Counted from the stretch's first letter, positions 9,985 through 19,643 are shown. The stretch: DNA of 64,000 nucleotides from Clostridia bacterium (GCA_017468385.1 JAFUIQ010000015.1:15726-79725); one strand, 5' to 3'. A program made the numbers and translations. Notes: generated by a model not told the origin, from the sequence alone.

Positions 9985-11307
9985 ATGGTCAAAATTATTG
10001 GAGTATTGCCGTCATCGTCGGCAGCGCGTGCCGGTATTCAGCCGGAGGATTACCTGATTTCCATCAACGAACGGGAAATCCGCGATGTGTTGGACTATCG
10101 GTTTTTTCTGGCCGAGACGACGGTTGTTCTGAAAATCCACCGGGGACCGGATTTGTTCGATGTTACTATCCGCAAGGGAATGTATGACGATATCGGTCTG
10201 GAGTTCGAAACGCCGCTGATGGACAAAAAGCATTCCTGTGAAAATAAGTGCATTTTCTGCTTTATCGATCAGCTGCCCAAAGGATTGCGCAAGAGCTTGT
10301 ATTTCAAGGACGACGATTCCCGACTGTCCTTTCTGCACGGCAATTACATTACGCTGACCAATCTGAAGCAGCAGGATGTGGATCGCATCATTGAGATGCA
10401 TATTTCTCCTGTCAATGTATCCGTCCACACCACCAATCCGGAGCTGCGTGTGATGATGATGAAGAACAAGCGGGCAGGCGAGGTGCTGGATTATATCCGC
10501 CAGTTTGCAGAGGCCGGCATCAAACTGCGCGGTCAGATTGTTTTGTGCCGCGGAGTAAACGACGGGGAGGAGCTGGACCGCACCATGCGGGATCTGGCGC
10601 AGTATTATCCATCCATGGAAAGCGTTTCCGTGGTACCGGCGGGATTGACTGCCTATCGGGAGAATCTGTATCCGCTGGAGCCGCTCACCCCGGAGGAGTG
10701 TGCAGCGGTGATCCGCCAGGTGGATGCCTTTGGCGATGCTTGTTATGAAAAATACGGCACAAGACTGTTCTTCTGTGCAGATGAAATGTATGTAAAAAGC
10801 GGCACGCCGCTTCCGTCGTACGATCATTGGGAGGAGTTTACCCAGATTGAAAACGGGGTGGGCATGCTTTCCTCCATGGAGCGCGAGTTGGATATCGCCC
10901 TCTCTCTGTTGGATGACGCGGAGAAGCAGGCCAAACGCCGCATATCCATAGCCACAGGCGAGGCGGCTTATGCATATATTTGCGGATTGGTTGGAAAGAT
11001 CAAAGAGATCTGCCCCCACGTGGAATGCGATGTCCATTGCATCAAAAACAATTTTTTTGGCGGCCAGGTCACGGTTGCCGGACTCCTGACCGGCAAGGAC
11101 CTGGCGGAACAGTTGAAAGATTGCGACCTGGGCGAGGAATTGTTGTTGCCGCGCACTGTGCTTCGCTCCGAGGGGGATTTGTTCCTCTGCGGAATGACGC
11201 CGAAGGAACTGTCCGAAGCATTGGGCGTGCCTCTGCGGTTTGTATCCATCGACGGTGCAGATTTTGCGGACGCCGTTCTCGGATGCGGAGGGGAAGTATT
11301 TGCATGA
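9985..11307 (+). CDS. PDZ + DUF512 protein with a radical-SAM-type CxxxCxxC cluster
   Basis: 440 aa. N-terminal PDZ-like segment (GVLPSSSAARAGIQPEDYLISINE) and a Cys motif CENKCIFC. Its position just upstream of der is typical of Clostridia. Confidence 0.75.
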   Translation: MVKIIGVLPSSSAARAGIQPEDYLISINEREIRDVLDYRFFLAETTVVLKIHRGPDLFDVTIRKGMYDDIGLEFETPLMDKKHSCENKCIFCFIDQLPKGLRKSLYFKDDDSRLSFLHGNYITLTNLKQQDVDRIIEMHISPVNVSVHTTNPELRVMMMKNKRAGEVLDYIRQFAEAGIKLRGQIVLCRGVNDGEELDRTMRDLAQYYPSMESVSVVPAGLTAYRENLYPLEPLTPEECAAVIRQVDAFGDACYEKYGTRLFFCADEMYVKSGTPLPSYDHWEEFTQIENGVGMLSSMERELDIALSLLDDAEKQAKRRISIATGEAAYAYICGLVGKIKEICPHVECDVHCIKNNFFGGQVTVAGLLTGKDLAEQLKDCDLGEELLLPRTVLRSEGDLFLCGMTPKELSEALGVPLRFVSIDGADFADAVLGCGGEVFA

Positions 11308-12035
11308 AGCGGATATGCTGCATAGCGCTTTTATGTGCGGTCGTCATTCTCGGCGGCTGTTCCGCTGAAGGTATTGTGCTGCCCGACGCGGCGTATTCGC
11401 TCTCCTTTGCGGAAGAATACATTGCGCTGGATGGAAATAATGTGAAACTCATGTATCCGGTTGTGTCCGGGTACGCAAATACGGAGACTGAGGAAGCCGT
11501 CAATTTGGCCGCTCGCGCGTTGGCATTGGATATGTACCGCCGAGAGGGTCTGATGGCTGACTCCGACGGCGGATACACATATACTCCCACCGATGCGGTC
11601 GTCACGCTGCAATGCGATACGTTTTATTCCGTATGCATCGGCGGAACTGTATCATCGGATGTGAGCGGCGGAACCGAGTGTTTTGCGTTCTCGCTGAACT
11701 GTGATCTCTCAAGCGGCACGTTCCTCTCTGCGGAGGATGTGATCGCCAACTACGCAGGTCTTCGCAAGATGTTTATCCGCGGAAAATTCACGCAGGATTT
11801 CGGCTATGACAACCTGGTTGAGCATATGACCGAGGAATCACTTCTGCAGCAGTACAAAGCGGAATACGACATCTATCCGCCCGTGTATTTCCGGGAGGGG
11901 AAATTGGGATTTTTGGTGGAAACCGTACCGCTTCTGGATGGATATGCCGGCTTCACGGTGAATATCCGCAAAGCGGCCAAATATATCAATACACAAAATG
12001 CCGCCATGGCAAAGCTGTGCGGCATGAATGGATAA
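11304..12035 (+). CDS. lipoprotein of unknown function (possibly DUF4163/DUF3298-like)
   Basis: Track ORF 10980..12035 is over-extended. The ATG at 11304 overlaps the upstream stop (ATGA) and gives MKRICCIALLCAVVILGGCSAEG, with a lipobox LGGC. The domain guess is weak and from memory of the YPxVSG pattern. Confidence 0.65.
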   Translation: MKRICCIALLCAVVILGGCSAEGIVLPDAAYSLSFAEEYIALDGNNVKLMYPVVSGYANTETEEAVNLAARALALDMYRREGLMADSDGGYTYTPTDAVVTLQCDTFYSVCIGGTVSSDVSGGTECFAFSLNCDLSSGTFLSAEDVIANYAGLRKMFIRGKFTQDFGYDNLVEHMTEESLLQQYKAEYDIYPPVYFREGKLGFLVETVPLLDGYAGFTVNIRKAAKYINTQNAAMAKLCGMNG

Positions 12036-12060
12036 ATTATTAAGAAATGGATTATGAGAT

Positions 12061-13398
12061 ATGGCTAAACCTGTATTGGCGATAGTGGGAAGACCCAATG
12101 TCGGAAAAAGCACGCTATTCAATAAACTGATCGGCGAACGCCGTGCCATCGTAGAGGATGTTCCCGGTATTACCCGTGACCGTATCTACGGTGAAACGGA
12201 GTGGAACGGCCGCAAACTGATCGTAATCGACACGGGCGGTATCGAACGGAACACGGACGATATCATCCTCTCGAAAATGCGGGATCAGGCACAGATCGCC
12301 ATCGACACCGCAGATGTGATCCTGTTTGTGTGCGATATCCGTACCGGTCTTATGCCTGATGACCGGGACATTGCCGTCATGCTGAAAAAGAGCGGCAAGC
12401 CGATTATCCCCTGCATCAATAAATCCGACTCTACCGGCCGCGTGCCTGCGGAGTTTTACGAGTTCTATGAACTCGGCTTTGAGATCGATCCCATCCCCCT
12501 GTCCTCCATTCACGGAACCGGCACAGGCGACATTCTGGACGCGGCATTGGCTGCGCTGCCGGACACCGCAGCAGAGGATGATGAGGACGACCGCATCCAT
12601 GTGGCTGTGATCGGTAAGCCCAATGCGGGCAAATCCTCTCTGGTAAACCGGATTCTCGGGGACGAGCGCATGATCGTTTCCAATATCCCCGGCACCACGC
12701 GCGACGCCATCGATTCCCATCTGGACAACGAGTTCGGTAAGTACACCTTCATCGACACTGCCGGTATTCGCCGCCAGAGCAAGGTGGATGACCGCATCGA
12801 GAAATTCAGCGTTCTTCGTGCCAAAATGGCTGTGGAACGGGCGGATGTGTGTATCCTTGTTATTGACGCCAACGAAGGCATTACGGAACAGGACGAAAAG
12901 ATTGCCGGTCTGGCACATGAAGCAGGCAAGGCAACCATTGTGGCGGTAAACAAATGGGATTTGGTGGAAAAGGACAACACCACCACATCGGCGTTCACAA
13001 AGAAGATCAACAACGCTTTGGGTTACATGACCTATGCACCGATCCTGTACATTTCCGCGCTTACCGGACAGCGTGTAGGAAAGCTGTTTGAGCAGATCAA
13101 CTATGTCCACAACCAGACGAATATGCGCATTTCCACCGGTATGCTCAACGATGTTCTGGCAGATGCGGTCAGCCGCGTACAGCCTCCGTCCGATAAGGGC
13201 CGACGCCTCAAAATCTACTACATGACGCAGATCTCCGTGGCGCCGCCTACGTTTGTTTTGTTTGCCAACAGCATTGAGTTGTTCCATTTTTCCTATCAGA
13301 GATATATTGAGAACTGTCTGCGGGATACCTTCGGCTTCCGCGGCACACCGATCCGACTCATCGTGCGTCAGCGCGGTGCTGAGAATGAAGAATCATAA
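12061..13398 (+). CDS. der: ribosome-associated GTPase Der (EngA)
   Basis: 445 aa. Two tandem GTPase domains (GRPNVGKST and GKPNAGKSS) followed by a KH-like C-terminus. Confidence 0.95.
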   Translation: MAKPVLAIVGRPNVGKSTLFNKLIGERRAIVEDVPGITRDRIYGETEWNGRKLIVIDTGGIERNTDDIILSKMRDQAQIAIDTADVILFVCDIRTGLMPDDRDIAVMLKKSGKPIIPCINKSDSTGRVPAEFYEFYELGFEIDPIPLSSIHGTGTGDILDAALAALPDTAAEDDEDDRIHVAVIGKPNAGKSSLVNRILGDERMIVSNIPGTTRDAIDSHLDNEFGKYTFIDTAGIRRQSKVDDRIEKFSVLRAKMAVERADVCILVIDANEGITEQDEKIAGLAHEAGKATIVAVNKWDLVEKDNTTTSAFTKKINNALGYMTYAPILYISALTGQRVGKLFEQINYVHNQTNMRISTGMLNDVLADAVSRVQPPSDKGRRLKIYYMTQISVAPPTFVLFANSIELFHFSYQRYIENCLRDTFGFRGTPIRLIVRQRGAENEES

Positions 13399-13410
13399 GA
13401 GAGGGAAGAG

Positions 13411-14124
13411 ATGACATTTTCTGAAATTATGTACAAGGGCTTCCTTGGCTATTATTTAGGTGAATACGGCACGCAGACCGGTATTGCGTTCTTTGCGCTG
13501 ACTACCCTTGGTTTTATGATCATCGCGGTCAGCTCCTACTTGCTGGGCAGCTGCAATTTTGCCATCATCATCTCCGAGAAATTCTTCAAAGAAGATATCC
13601 GCACTTACGGCAGCGGCAATGCCGGCATGACCAACATGCTGCGCACCTACGGCAAGGGTCCGGCGGCTCTCACGCTGTTGGCGGATGCGCTCAAAGCAGT
13701 GGTGTCCATTCTTATAGGCCGATTGATCTGGGGGATTGTGGGTGCCTATATGGCCGGACTGGCTTGCATGCTCGGTCATGTCTTTCCCGCTTTTTACAAA
13801 TTCAAGGGCGGTAAGGGGGTTGTGGTTGCCGCTGTGACGGTCCTGATGACCAACTGGAAAGTCGGCCTGATTCTCCTTTTGTTCTTTGTGATTCTGGTGG
13901 CAGGCACGCGGTTTATTTCTCTGGGGTCTGTCATGTGTATGTTGATTTATCCCCTACTGTTGTCCCGCTTGCTGGGCAACGCACCGCAGATCACCATTTT
14001 ATTTGCATTTGGCTTGACGCTGATCGTTGTGCTGAAGCACACATCTAACATCAAACGTCTGCTCAACGGCACAGAGAATAAGATATCCTTTACCAAAAAA
14101 GATAAAAAGGCAGCAGATAAGTAA
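13411..14124 (+). CDS. plsY: glycerol-3-phosphate acyltransferase PlsY
   Basis: 237 aa with GSGNAGMTN and FKGGKGV motifs. The der-plsY synteny is present. The N-terminus is about 30 aa longer than I would expect. Confidence 0.9.
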   Translation: MTFSEIMYKGFLGYYLGEYGTQTGIAFFALTTLGFMIIAVSSYLLGSCNFAIIISEKFFKEDIRTYGSGNAGMTNMLRTYGKGPAALTLLADALKAVVSILIGRLIWGIVGAYMAGLACMLGHVFPAFYKFKGGKGVVVAAVTVLMTNWKVGLILLLFFVILVAGTRFISLGSVMCMLIYPLLLSRLLGNAPQITILFAFGLTLIVVLKHTSNIKRLLNGTENKISFTKKDKKAADK

Positions 14125-14126
14125 CA

Positions 14127-15386
14127 ATGGCTGGTACGAACATGGAACAGTTGCCGCTGCAGCGCTTCTCCGAGTGTGTTCGGACGAGTGCTGAGGCAGG
14201 CTCTCTGATAAATCTGGTTTTTTCGTCATCGGATTCCCATGAACTTCTGAAAATCAAAGGTGTTTTGAAGGTCATTGGCGGAAGCCGATGCCTGCAGTTG
14301 GAATACCACTACAGCGAGGGCAGGGTGGCACAGAAGAATCTTCCCTACGACTCCGTTGGTGAAATTCTGAGCGAGCATTTCGGCACCCCTTTCTTTCGGA
14401 TCGATCTGAATGACGTCAATGGCTCCGCGGCTCTTATGATGTCCAAAAAGGGAAAGGTCACGGCCGTGATTCCATCCGCTTTACGTGCCCACCTGGATAA
14501 CTCCGCCTCCCGCAGCATTACGAATGCATTGATGACGTTTCAGAAGAATGACCGCGTAAAAAATCGTATTCTTCAGGGGAATGAACCTTTTTTGATTGCG
14601 TTGGGTATCTCCGATGCAAACGGACGCGTCCACGACAAACGGCAGGCAAAATTCCGTCAGATTTGCCGTTTTTCCGAGTTGGTTCTGGAATCCGTCAAGT
14701 ACCTGCCCCAAACGGGCACTTTGCATATTGCGGATCTGTGCTGCGGAAAAAGCTATCTGAGTTTTGCCGTGTACCATGTCCTGAAATTCATCGCCCATCG
14801 CGATGTGGAGATGATCTGCATTGATCTGAAGCAGAGCGTAATGGATTACTGCGAGGAATGTGCGCGGAAGATGGGCTTTGATGGGATGCATTTTCTGTGT
14901 GCGGACATCAGTGAGTATGTGCCTGCGTGCGCACCGGATATGGTCATATCCCTGCACGCATGTGACGTGGCCACTGATATTGTGCTGGATTTTGCGGCAA
15001 AGTGGCGCGCCTCTGTGATCCTGTCCACACCCTGCTGTCAAAGAGAATTGAGCACAAAACTGGCCTGTGAATCTTTGCGTTTCATTGCCGAGCGCCCCAT
15101 CCTCCGCAAGAAATTCTGTGATGCAGCCACCGATGCTTTGCGGCTTCTGCGCCTGGAATGCCAGGGATACACGGCAGATGCCATTGAGTTTATTGACCCG
15201 GAAGATACGCCGAAGAACATTATGCTTCGGGCATATCGTAAAAAGAGATACAATCCGCACTCGGATGCCATCCGAAAGAAGCGGGATGAGTATTCAGCAG
15301 CCTATCGCTTCTTGTGCGGCGATGAACCAGCCCCATTTTCCGAATTACAAACTGATCATGATTACTTAATGAATGGAGAAAAATAA
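14127..15386 (+). CDS. class I SAM-dependent methyltransferase (Methyltransf_32-like)
   Basis: 419 aa. Motif I is ADLCCGKSYLS, followed by ISLHACDVATD. The N-terminal ~170 aa are unassigned. The substrate is unknown. Confidence 0.7.
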   Translation: MAGTNMEQLPLQRFSECVRTSAEAGSLINLVFSSSDSHELLKIKGVLKVIGGSRCLQLEYHYSEGRVAQKNLPYDSVGEILSEHFGTPFFRIDLNDVNGSAALMMSKKGKVTAVIPSALRAHLDNSASRSITNALMTFQKNDRVKNRILQGNEPFLIALGISDANGRVHDKRQAKFRQICRFSELVLESVKYLPQTGTLHIADLCCGKSYLSFAVYHVLKFIAHRDVEMICIDLKQSVMDYCEECARKMGFDGMHFLCADISEYVPACAPDMVISLHACDVATDIVLDFAAKWRASVILSTPCCQRELSTKLACESLRFIAERPILRKKFCDAATDALRLLRLECQGYTADAIEFIDPEDTPKNIMLRAYRKKRYNPHSDAIRKKRDEYSAAYRFLCGDEPAPFSELQTDHDYLMNGEK

Positions 15387-15388
15387 CC

Positions 15389-15787
15389 ATGAGCGGCAGA
15401 AGAAAAACAGTGCGCATTTCCGAAGCGGAGTGGCATATTATGAACGTACTGTGGGAGGAATGTCCCAAGAACCTCGGAATCGGACTCACACTTGGTGAGA
15501 TCGTACAAAACATGCCACCCGAAATGAATTGGACCAATACCACCATCCGAACCCTGATCATTCGTCTGGCGGATAAAGGCGTAGTTCAGATTGACAAAAC
15601 CACAGGTGTTTACAAATATAAACCCGCCTTGGATAAATCCCAGTGCGTGGAAGAAGAAATCAATATGTTTGTAGCCCGTGTGTTCGATAATTCACCGTAC
15701 CAGCTGGTAGCTTCTTTGGTTCGGAAAGAAAAGTTCAACGAGCGTGAGAAGAGGGAAATTATCGATATTCTGAATGAGATTCGGTAA
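15389..15787 (+). CDS. BlaI/MecI/CopY family transcriptional repressor
   Basis: 132 aa. Winged-helix N-terminus ISEAEWHIMNVLWE..TIRTLIIRLADKG. Starts 2 nt after the upstream stop. Confidence 0.85.
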   Translation: MSGRRKTVRISEAEWHIMNVLWEECPKNLGIGLTLGEIVQNMPPEMNWTNTTIRTLIIRLADKGVVQIDKTTGVYKYKPALDKSQCVEEEINMFVARVFDNSPYQLVASLVRKEKFNEREKREIIDILNEIR

Positions 15788-15813
15788 GAATCTCAGCAGA
15801 CGGAGATATTGAA

Positions 15814-17952
15814 ATGGAATTATTTGTTTTGAGATTATGTCAGGTAACATTCTTTTCTTCCGTAACGGCCGGTCTTCTTTTATTCGTTAAGCATCTTTGT
15901 AAATTTCACATCTCGCCCCAGCTCCACGTGGCTATGTGGCTGATTCTGTTTGTTCGTGTATTTGTACCGTCCCTCCCCGAAAGTGTTCATTCCGTCTATA
16001 ATTACGTTCCCGGATACGAACACGTCGTGGACGGTACTGTGCTGCAGGCGGATTTCTATCCTCCCGCTGTTGTGCAGGAAAGCAATACTGACTATCTGAA
16101 TCATCTTCTGGATGAGGATATATCGCAGCAAATCTCTTCCGGGGTACAGGATGCCGCTCCTTCCGTTTCGCCGACCATTTCTGCTGATGTTTCGGCGGAC
16201 ACGGGGCGCGACATCGTTCTTTTTATTGTCATCGTATATGTGCTGGGGGCTTCTGCCTGTCTGTTACGGATGCTGGTGCACTATCATGTGTTGTATTACA
16301 AAACGCTGCGCACATCTGTGCTGTGCGATAACCGCCTGTGGAACACTCAGTACATGCAGATCGCACGCGATATGGGCTTTCGCACCCGCAGAATACCGAA
16401 GCTCTATGTGGGAACAGCACCGTCTATGCTGATGGGCATTATCAGGCCCATCATTCTTGTAAATGCACACACCGATGAACGGGATCTGTCCATGGTCTTC
16501 GCCCATGAGCTCAACCACTATCGACATCGGGATAATTTTTTGATTTTTCTTTCCAATCTCCTTGCTGCGCTTATGTGGTTCAATCCGCTGATCCGGATAG
16601 CCTGCCGCAGTATTCAGGATGATCTGGAAATTCGCTGCGACTTACTTACGGTTCGCCTTCCTTTTATCAATATAAAAGAATACGCGGTGTTTCTGTATCA
16701 AAGCACCTGCCCGGGAGTGGTTCGCGCCGTGCATGTCGCGGCAAATATGTCCACCGAAAGTGTACTGTTGAAAGAGAGGCTGAAACGCCTGGCCGGCGGT
16801 ACGGTATCCGTGTTCTCGCGAATTCTTGCGGGAACCTTGTGTGCAGTGCTGATTACCGCCTGTCTGACAAACCCGGTATATTCACTTGTGGTAAACAACG
16901 ATGTGTATGTGCAGAACGGTTCCTCCCTGGTGGGAAGTGAATTCGTTTTCTGCAATCCCAATGAGGGGATTAGCGGCATACGTTTTTATAACATTGTTTA
17001 CTCGACGCTGAAAAACAAAACAGGCGGTGACACCTCTCCGATTCCGTCGTATCTGGGAGATGGAACACTGACATCCCTGACTCGTCACGCCAAGGAGAAG
17101 GATGTTGCATTTGCGTCTTTCGATGCGTATATGCTGAGCATTGCCCACGCGGATGCCATCACCTATGAGCAGGCAGCTGTTCTGTTGGACACGGTTATTC
17201 GCCTGATTGATCATTCCCTGGAGAATGAACACGGTTCAACTATACCCATGCAAATCCGCGAGACTAGTTTTGTGCATGTACTGAGTCAGCTGCCAGATAC
17301 GGAGGCCCGTGCGCTTCTTAGCTGCTATAACCGCGGATGCAGCAATTCTTCCGTGGAATTTTCTTCCTGCTATACTGAAGAGGAGATCCATGAAATTTCG
17401 TCCCGCATCGCAAACGATTGGCTGCGCGAGAAGTTTTTGATGTTCTATTATCGTATGCCGCTGGATCAGCTGCCGGAGAGTTTTTGTGAAGAAAACGGCA
17501 TTGAGACATCATCCGATGTTGTGTATCGATTGTTTGATGCGCTGTCGGAGAGGGAAGTGCAGATTGTACGGGATATTGTATCCATTGCACAAACCGGTGT
17601 GTGCGAAGATGTGTTTTACCTAAAAAGCCGATGCGATGTGTATTCCGAGGAATACATGGATTCCTTGTATAATAAAGTCGGCTTCACCCGGGCAGATGTG
17701 CTCAATGAGTACGCTGTGATGGGTGTCAGCAGCTACAGCAGCCAGGAGGAAACCATCAACTGGATTCCGCATTGCGATGAAATCTACCTGAAAAATCATG
17801 GTTCTTCGCCGGAAGCTACGCTGGCAGTGCTGTCTGTATGCCGGTACGGCATTCTGGCTCCCACCGATTCCTATTTTCCCTACGATCAACCTCTGTGTTT
17901 CGGGGAAGCTATGCGTGCCCTTTGCCTGCTGTATGCCGGCATGGGATCATAA
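15814..17952 (+). CDS. BlaR1/MecR1-type M56 membrane metalloprotease/sensor with a ~380-aa C-terminal domain of unknown type
   Basis: 712 aa. N-terminal TM segments and the HExxH motif AHELNHYRHRDN. It is paired with the BlaI-like gene. Confidence 0.8.
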   Translation: MELFVLRLCQVTFFSSVTAGLLLFVKHLCKFHISPQLHVAMWLILFVRVFVPSLPESVHSVYNYVPGYEHVVDGTVLQADFYPPAVVQESNTDYLNHLLDEDISQQISSGVQDAAPSVSPTISADVSADTGRDIVLFIVIVYVLGASACLLRMLVHYHVLYYKTLRTSVLCDNRLWNTQYMQIARDMGFRTRRIPKLYVGTAPSMLMGIIRPIILVNAHTDERDLSMVFAHELNHYRHRDNFLIFLSNLLAALMWFNPLIRIACRSIQDDLEIRCDLLTVRLPFINIKEYAVFLYQSTCPGVVRAVHVAANMSTESVLLKERLKRLAGGTVSVFSRILAGTLCAVLITACLTNPVYSLVVNNDVYVQNGSSLVGSEFVFCNPNEGISGIRFYNIVYSTLKNKTGGDTSPIPSYLGDGTLTSLTRHAKEKDVAFASFDAYMLSIAHADAITYEQAAVLLDTVIRLIDHSLENEHGSTIPMQIRETSFVHVLSQLPDTEARALLSCYNRGCSNSSVEFSSCYTEEEIHEISSRIANDWLREKFLMFYYRMPLDQLPESFCEENGIETSSDVVYRLFDALSEREVQIVRDIVSIAQTGVCEDVFYLKSRCDVYSEEYMDSLYNKVGFTRADVLNEYAVMGVSSYSSQEETINWIPHCDEIYLKNHGSSPEATLAVLSVCRYGILAPTDSYFPYDQPLCFGEAMRALCLLYAGMGS

Positions 17953-17956
17953 AATT

Positions 17957-17990
17957 AACGGTGCTGTGCGAAATGCACAGCACCGTTTTT
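17957..17990. terminator. bidirectional terminator between the convergent blaR1-like and deoR genes
   Basis: aacggtgctgtgc-gaaa-tgcacagcaccgtt followed by tttt. There are A/T runs on both sides. Confidence 0.8.
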
Positions 17991-17993
17991 GTG

Positions 17994-18770
17994 TTATCCT
18001 AAAACAACGCGGATATTTTTCTCCCGCATCTTCTTGATGAATTGCGGATTCAGTCCTTTTTCCGTAACCAGCCGGTTTCCCTCGGACAAATCACACACGT
18101 GTGAGAATCCCTCCCGTCCTAACTTTTCACCATCCGCAACGATGATTGTTTCGTTAGCACGCTCGATCATAGTCCGATCCACCAGGGCCTCTTCCGCGTG
18201 CAGTGTGGTAACACGCCCGGAATCACAAACGCCGTCGATGGACAAAATCGCATAGTTGGCACGGTAGCGTTTCAGCTGCTCCACCACGTCGTTTCCATAG
18301 GTGAATGAATCGTGGGAGTTGATCTCGCCGCCCAGAAGAATTACATTGAACGTGGGCATAGAACCGAGCTCCAATGCCACGGTCAGGGAATTGGTCACAA
18401 TACGCAGATTCCGTTTGTTTTTCAACTCCACGGCGGTGAAATAGGTAGTCGTTCCGGAATTGATCAGAACGGTATCCCCGTCATGAATTAGCGAAGCGGC
18501 TGCTTTCGCAATTCGTTTTTTGGCCGCGGCGTTTTCGTGCTTTTTTCGAAGAAACTCCCGATTGAAGCAGTTCAACGCGGTCTGTACCGCACCGCCTTGT
18601 ACTCTTTCCAGATATCCGTCCCGCTCCAATGCGTTCAAATCGCTTCGGATGGTAACCGGGGTTGCGTTGAGTTGTTTGCTGAGCTGTGAAATGCGCACCT
18701 GACCGCTGCGATTCAGAATGTCAATGATCTTACCGCGGCGTGCGTCGATTTTAAGTTTCTCGACTGACAT
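17994..18770 (-). CDS. DeoR/GlpR family transcriptional regulator
   Basis: 258 aa. N-terminal HTH (ISQLSKQLNATPVTIRSDLNALE) and a DeoR C-terminal sugar-phosphate sensor domain. Confidence 0.9.
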   Translation of the reverse strand: MSVEKLKIDARRGKIIDILNRSGQVRISQLSKQLNATPVTIRSDLNALERDGYLERVQGGAVQTALNCFNREFLRKKHENAAAKKRIAKAAASLIHDGDTVLINSGTTTYFTAVELKNKRNLRIVTNSLTVALELGSMPTFNVILLGGEINSHDSFTYGNDVVEQLKRYRANYAILSIDGVCDSGRVTTLHAEEALVDRTMIERANETIIVADGEKLGREGFSHVCDLSEGNRLVTEKGLNPQFIKKMREKNIRVVLG

Positions 18771-18794
18771 GATACATCTCCAGCTTCAGTAAAA

Positions 18795-19397
18795 TCAAAG
18801 CGCGTGATTGTTGAGGCGCTCGCCCACGGCTCCGCCGGGATGAATCACAGCGAACTGCTCGTTTCTGTAGCCGGTTTCCTCAATCAGTGCAGTCTGCAGG
18901 CTGTGGAAAATCATGCAGAGGGCCGTGGTGGAGGTCGTACCCTGGGCATTGTACTTGTCGGTTTCGCGGTTCACATACTGTTTCAGAACAACGTCCGCAC
19001 CCAGCGCCAGAGGAGATTCCAGATTCTCCGTAACGGTAATAACGCGCACACCCTTCTGCTTGCAAATGTCCAGAATGGGAAGCAGTTCCTTGGTCTTGCC
19101 GCCGCGGGACGCGAACACCATTACGTCACCTTCGCAGAGGAAGCCGGTTGCACCGTGTACGGCTTCAGCCGGGGAAATGAACCGGGAAGGGCGCTCAATG
19201 CAGCAGAGCAGGTGAGAGAAGTGCTGGCAGATAATACCGGAATGGCCGCATCCACAGGTGCCGATGCGCTGTGCGCCGGCAAGCAGCTCTACTGCTTTGG
19301 CGAAAGCATCCTCGTCAAAATAATCCAGCATATTGGTAATGCATTCCGCTTCGATCTTGTAGGCTTCCTTTGCCTGCATCAAAGATTCTTTTTTCAT
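18795..19397 (-). CDS. SIS-domain sugar-phosphate isomerase (KpsF/GutQ-like, no CBS domains)
   Basis: Track ORF 18795..19505, trimmed to the ATG at 19397 (MKKESLMQAKE..) with a GGAGGA RBS. SIS core GTCGCGHSG..FASRGGKT and the C-terminal FAVIHPGGAVGERL pattern seen in arabinose-5-P isomerases. Confidence 0.8.
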   Translation of the reverse strand: MKKESLMQAKEAYKIEAECITNMLDYFDEDAFAKAVELLAGAQRIGTCGCGHSGIICQHFSHLLCCIERPSRFISPAEAVHGATGFLCEGDVMVFASRGGKTKELLPILDICKQKGVRVITVTENLESPLALGADVVLKQYVNRETDKYNAQGTTSTTALCMIFHSLQTALIEETGYRNEQFAVIHPGGAVGERLNNHAL

Positions 19398-19562
19398 AAT
19401 TTCGTTATCCTCCGTGTGATAATATATACAGTGTGTACGACCAAAAGAAAACAATATTTTCGTTTGGCCAAAGTTAATTATACACCTTACGAAAAAGAAT
19501 TGCAATATATAAATAAATTTTCTATAAACAAAACAATATTGACTTTTATGAGTGAAACTGTA

Positions 19563-19591
19563 TTGACTTTCCGGCGATTTCGTGCTATATT
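19563..19591 (+). promoter_or_regulatory. sigma-A type promoter of the YjbQ operon: TTGACT-17-TATATT
   Basis: TTGACT 19563-68 and TATATT 19586-91. The -35 element lies inside one copy of the TATTGACTTT direct repeat. Confidence 0.55.
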
Positions 19592-19643
19592 ATGTACGGC
19601 AGAATATGTCCAATTTCTATTATTAATGTGAGGTATTATCAAC

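Noticed and set aside
10980-11303. 5' extension of ORF 10980..12035 (351 aa)
   Set aside because: The extension overlaps the DUF512 gene out of frame and is Arg/Gly-rich. The ATG at 11304 gives a canonical lipoprotein signal peptide.
17002-17013. STLK tetrapeptide (SxxK) in the BlaR1-like C-terminal domain, as evidence for a penicillin-binding sensor
   Set aside because: It is followed directly by KTG. It therefore lacks the spacing of the SxxK / SxN(V) / KTG triad, and the surrounding sequence does not resemble class-D or BlaR sensor domains. This is probably a coincidence and needs an HMM check.
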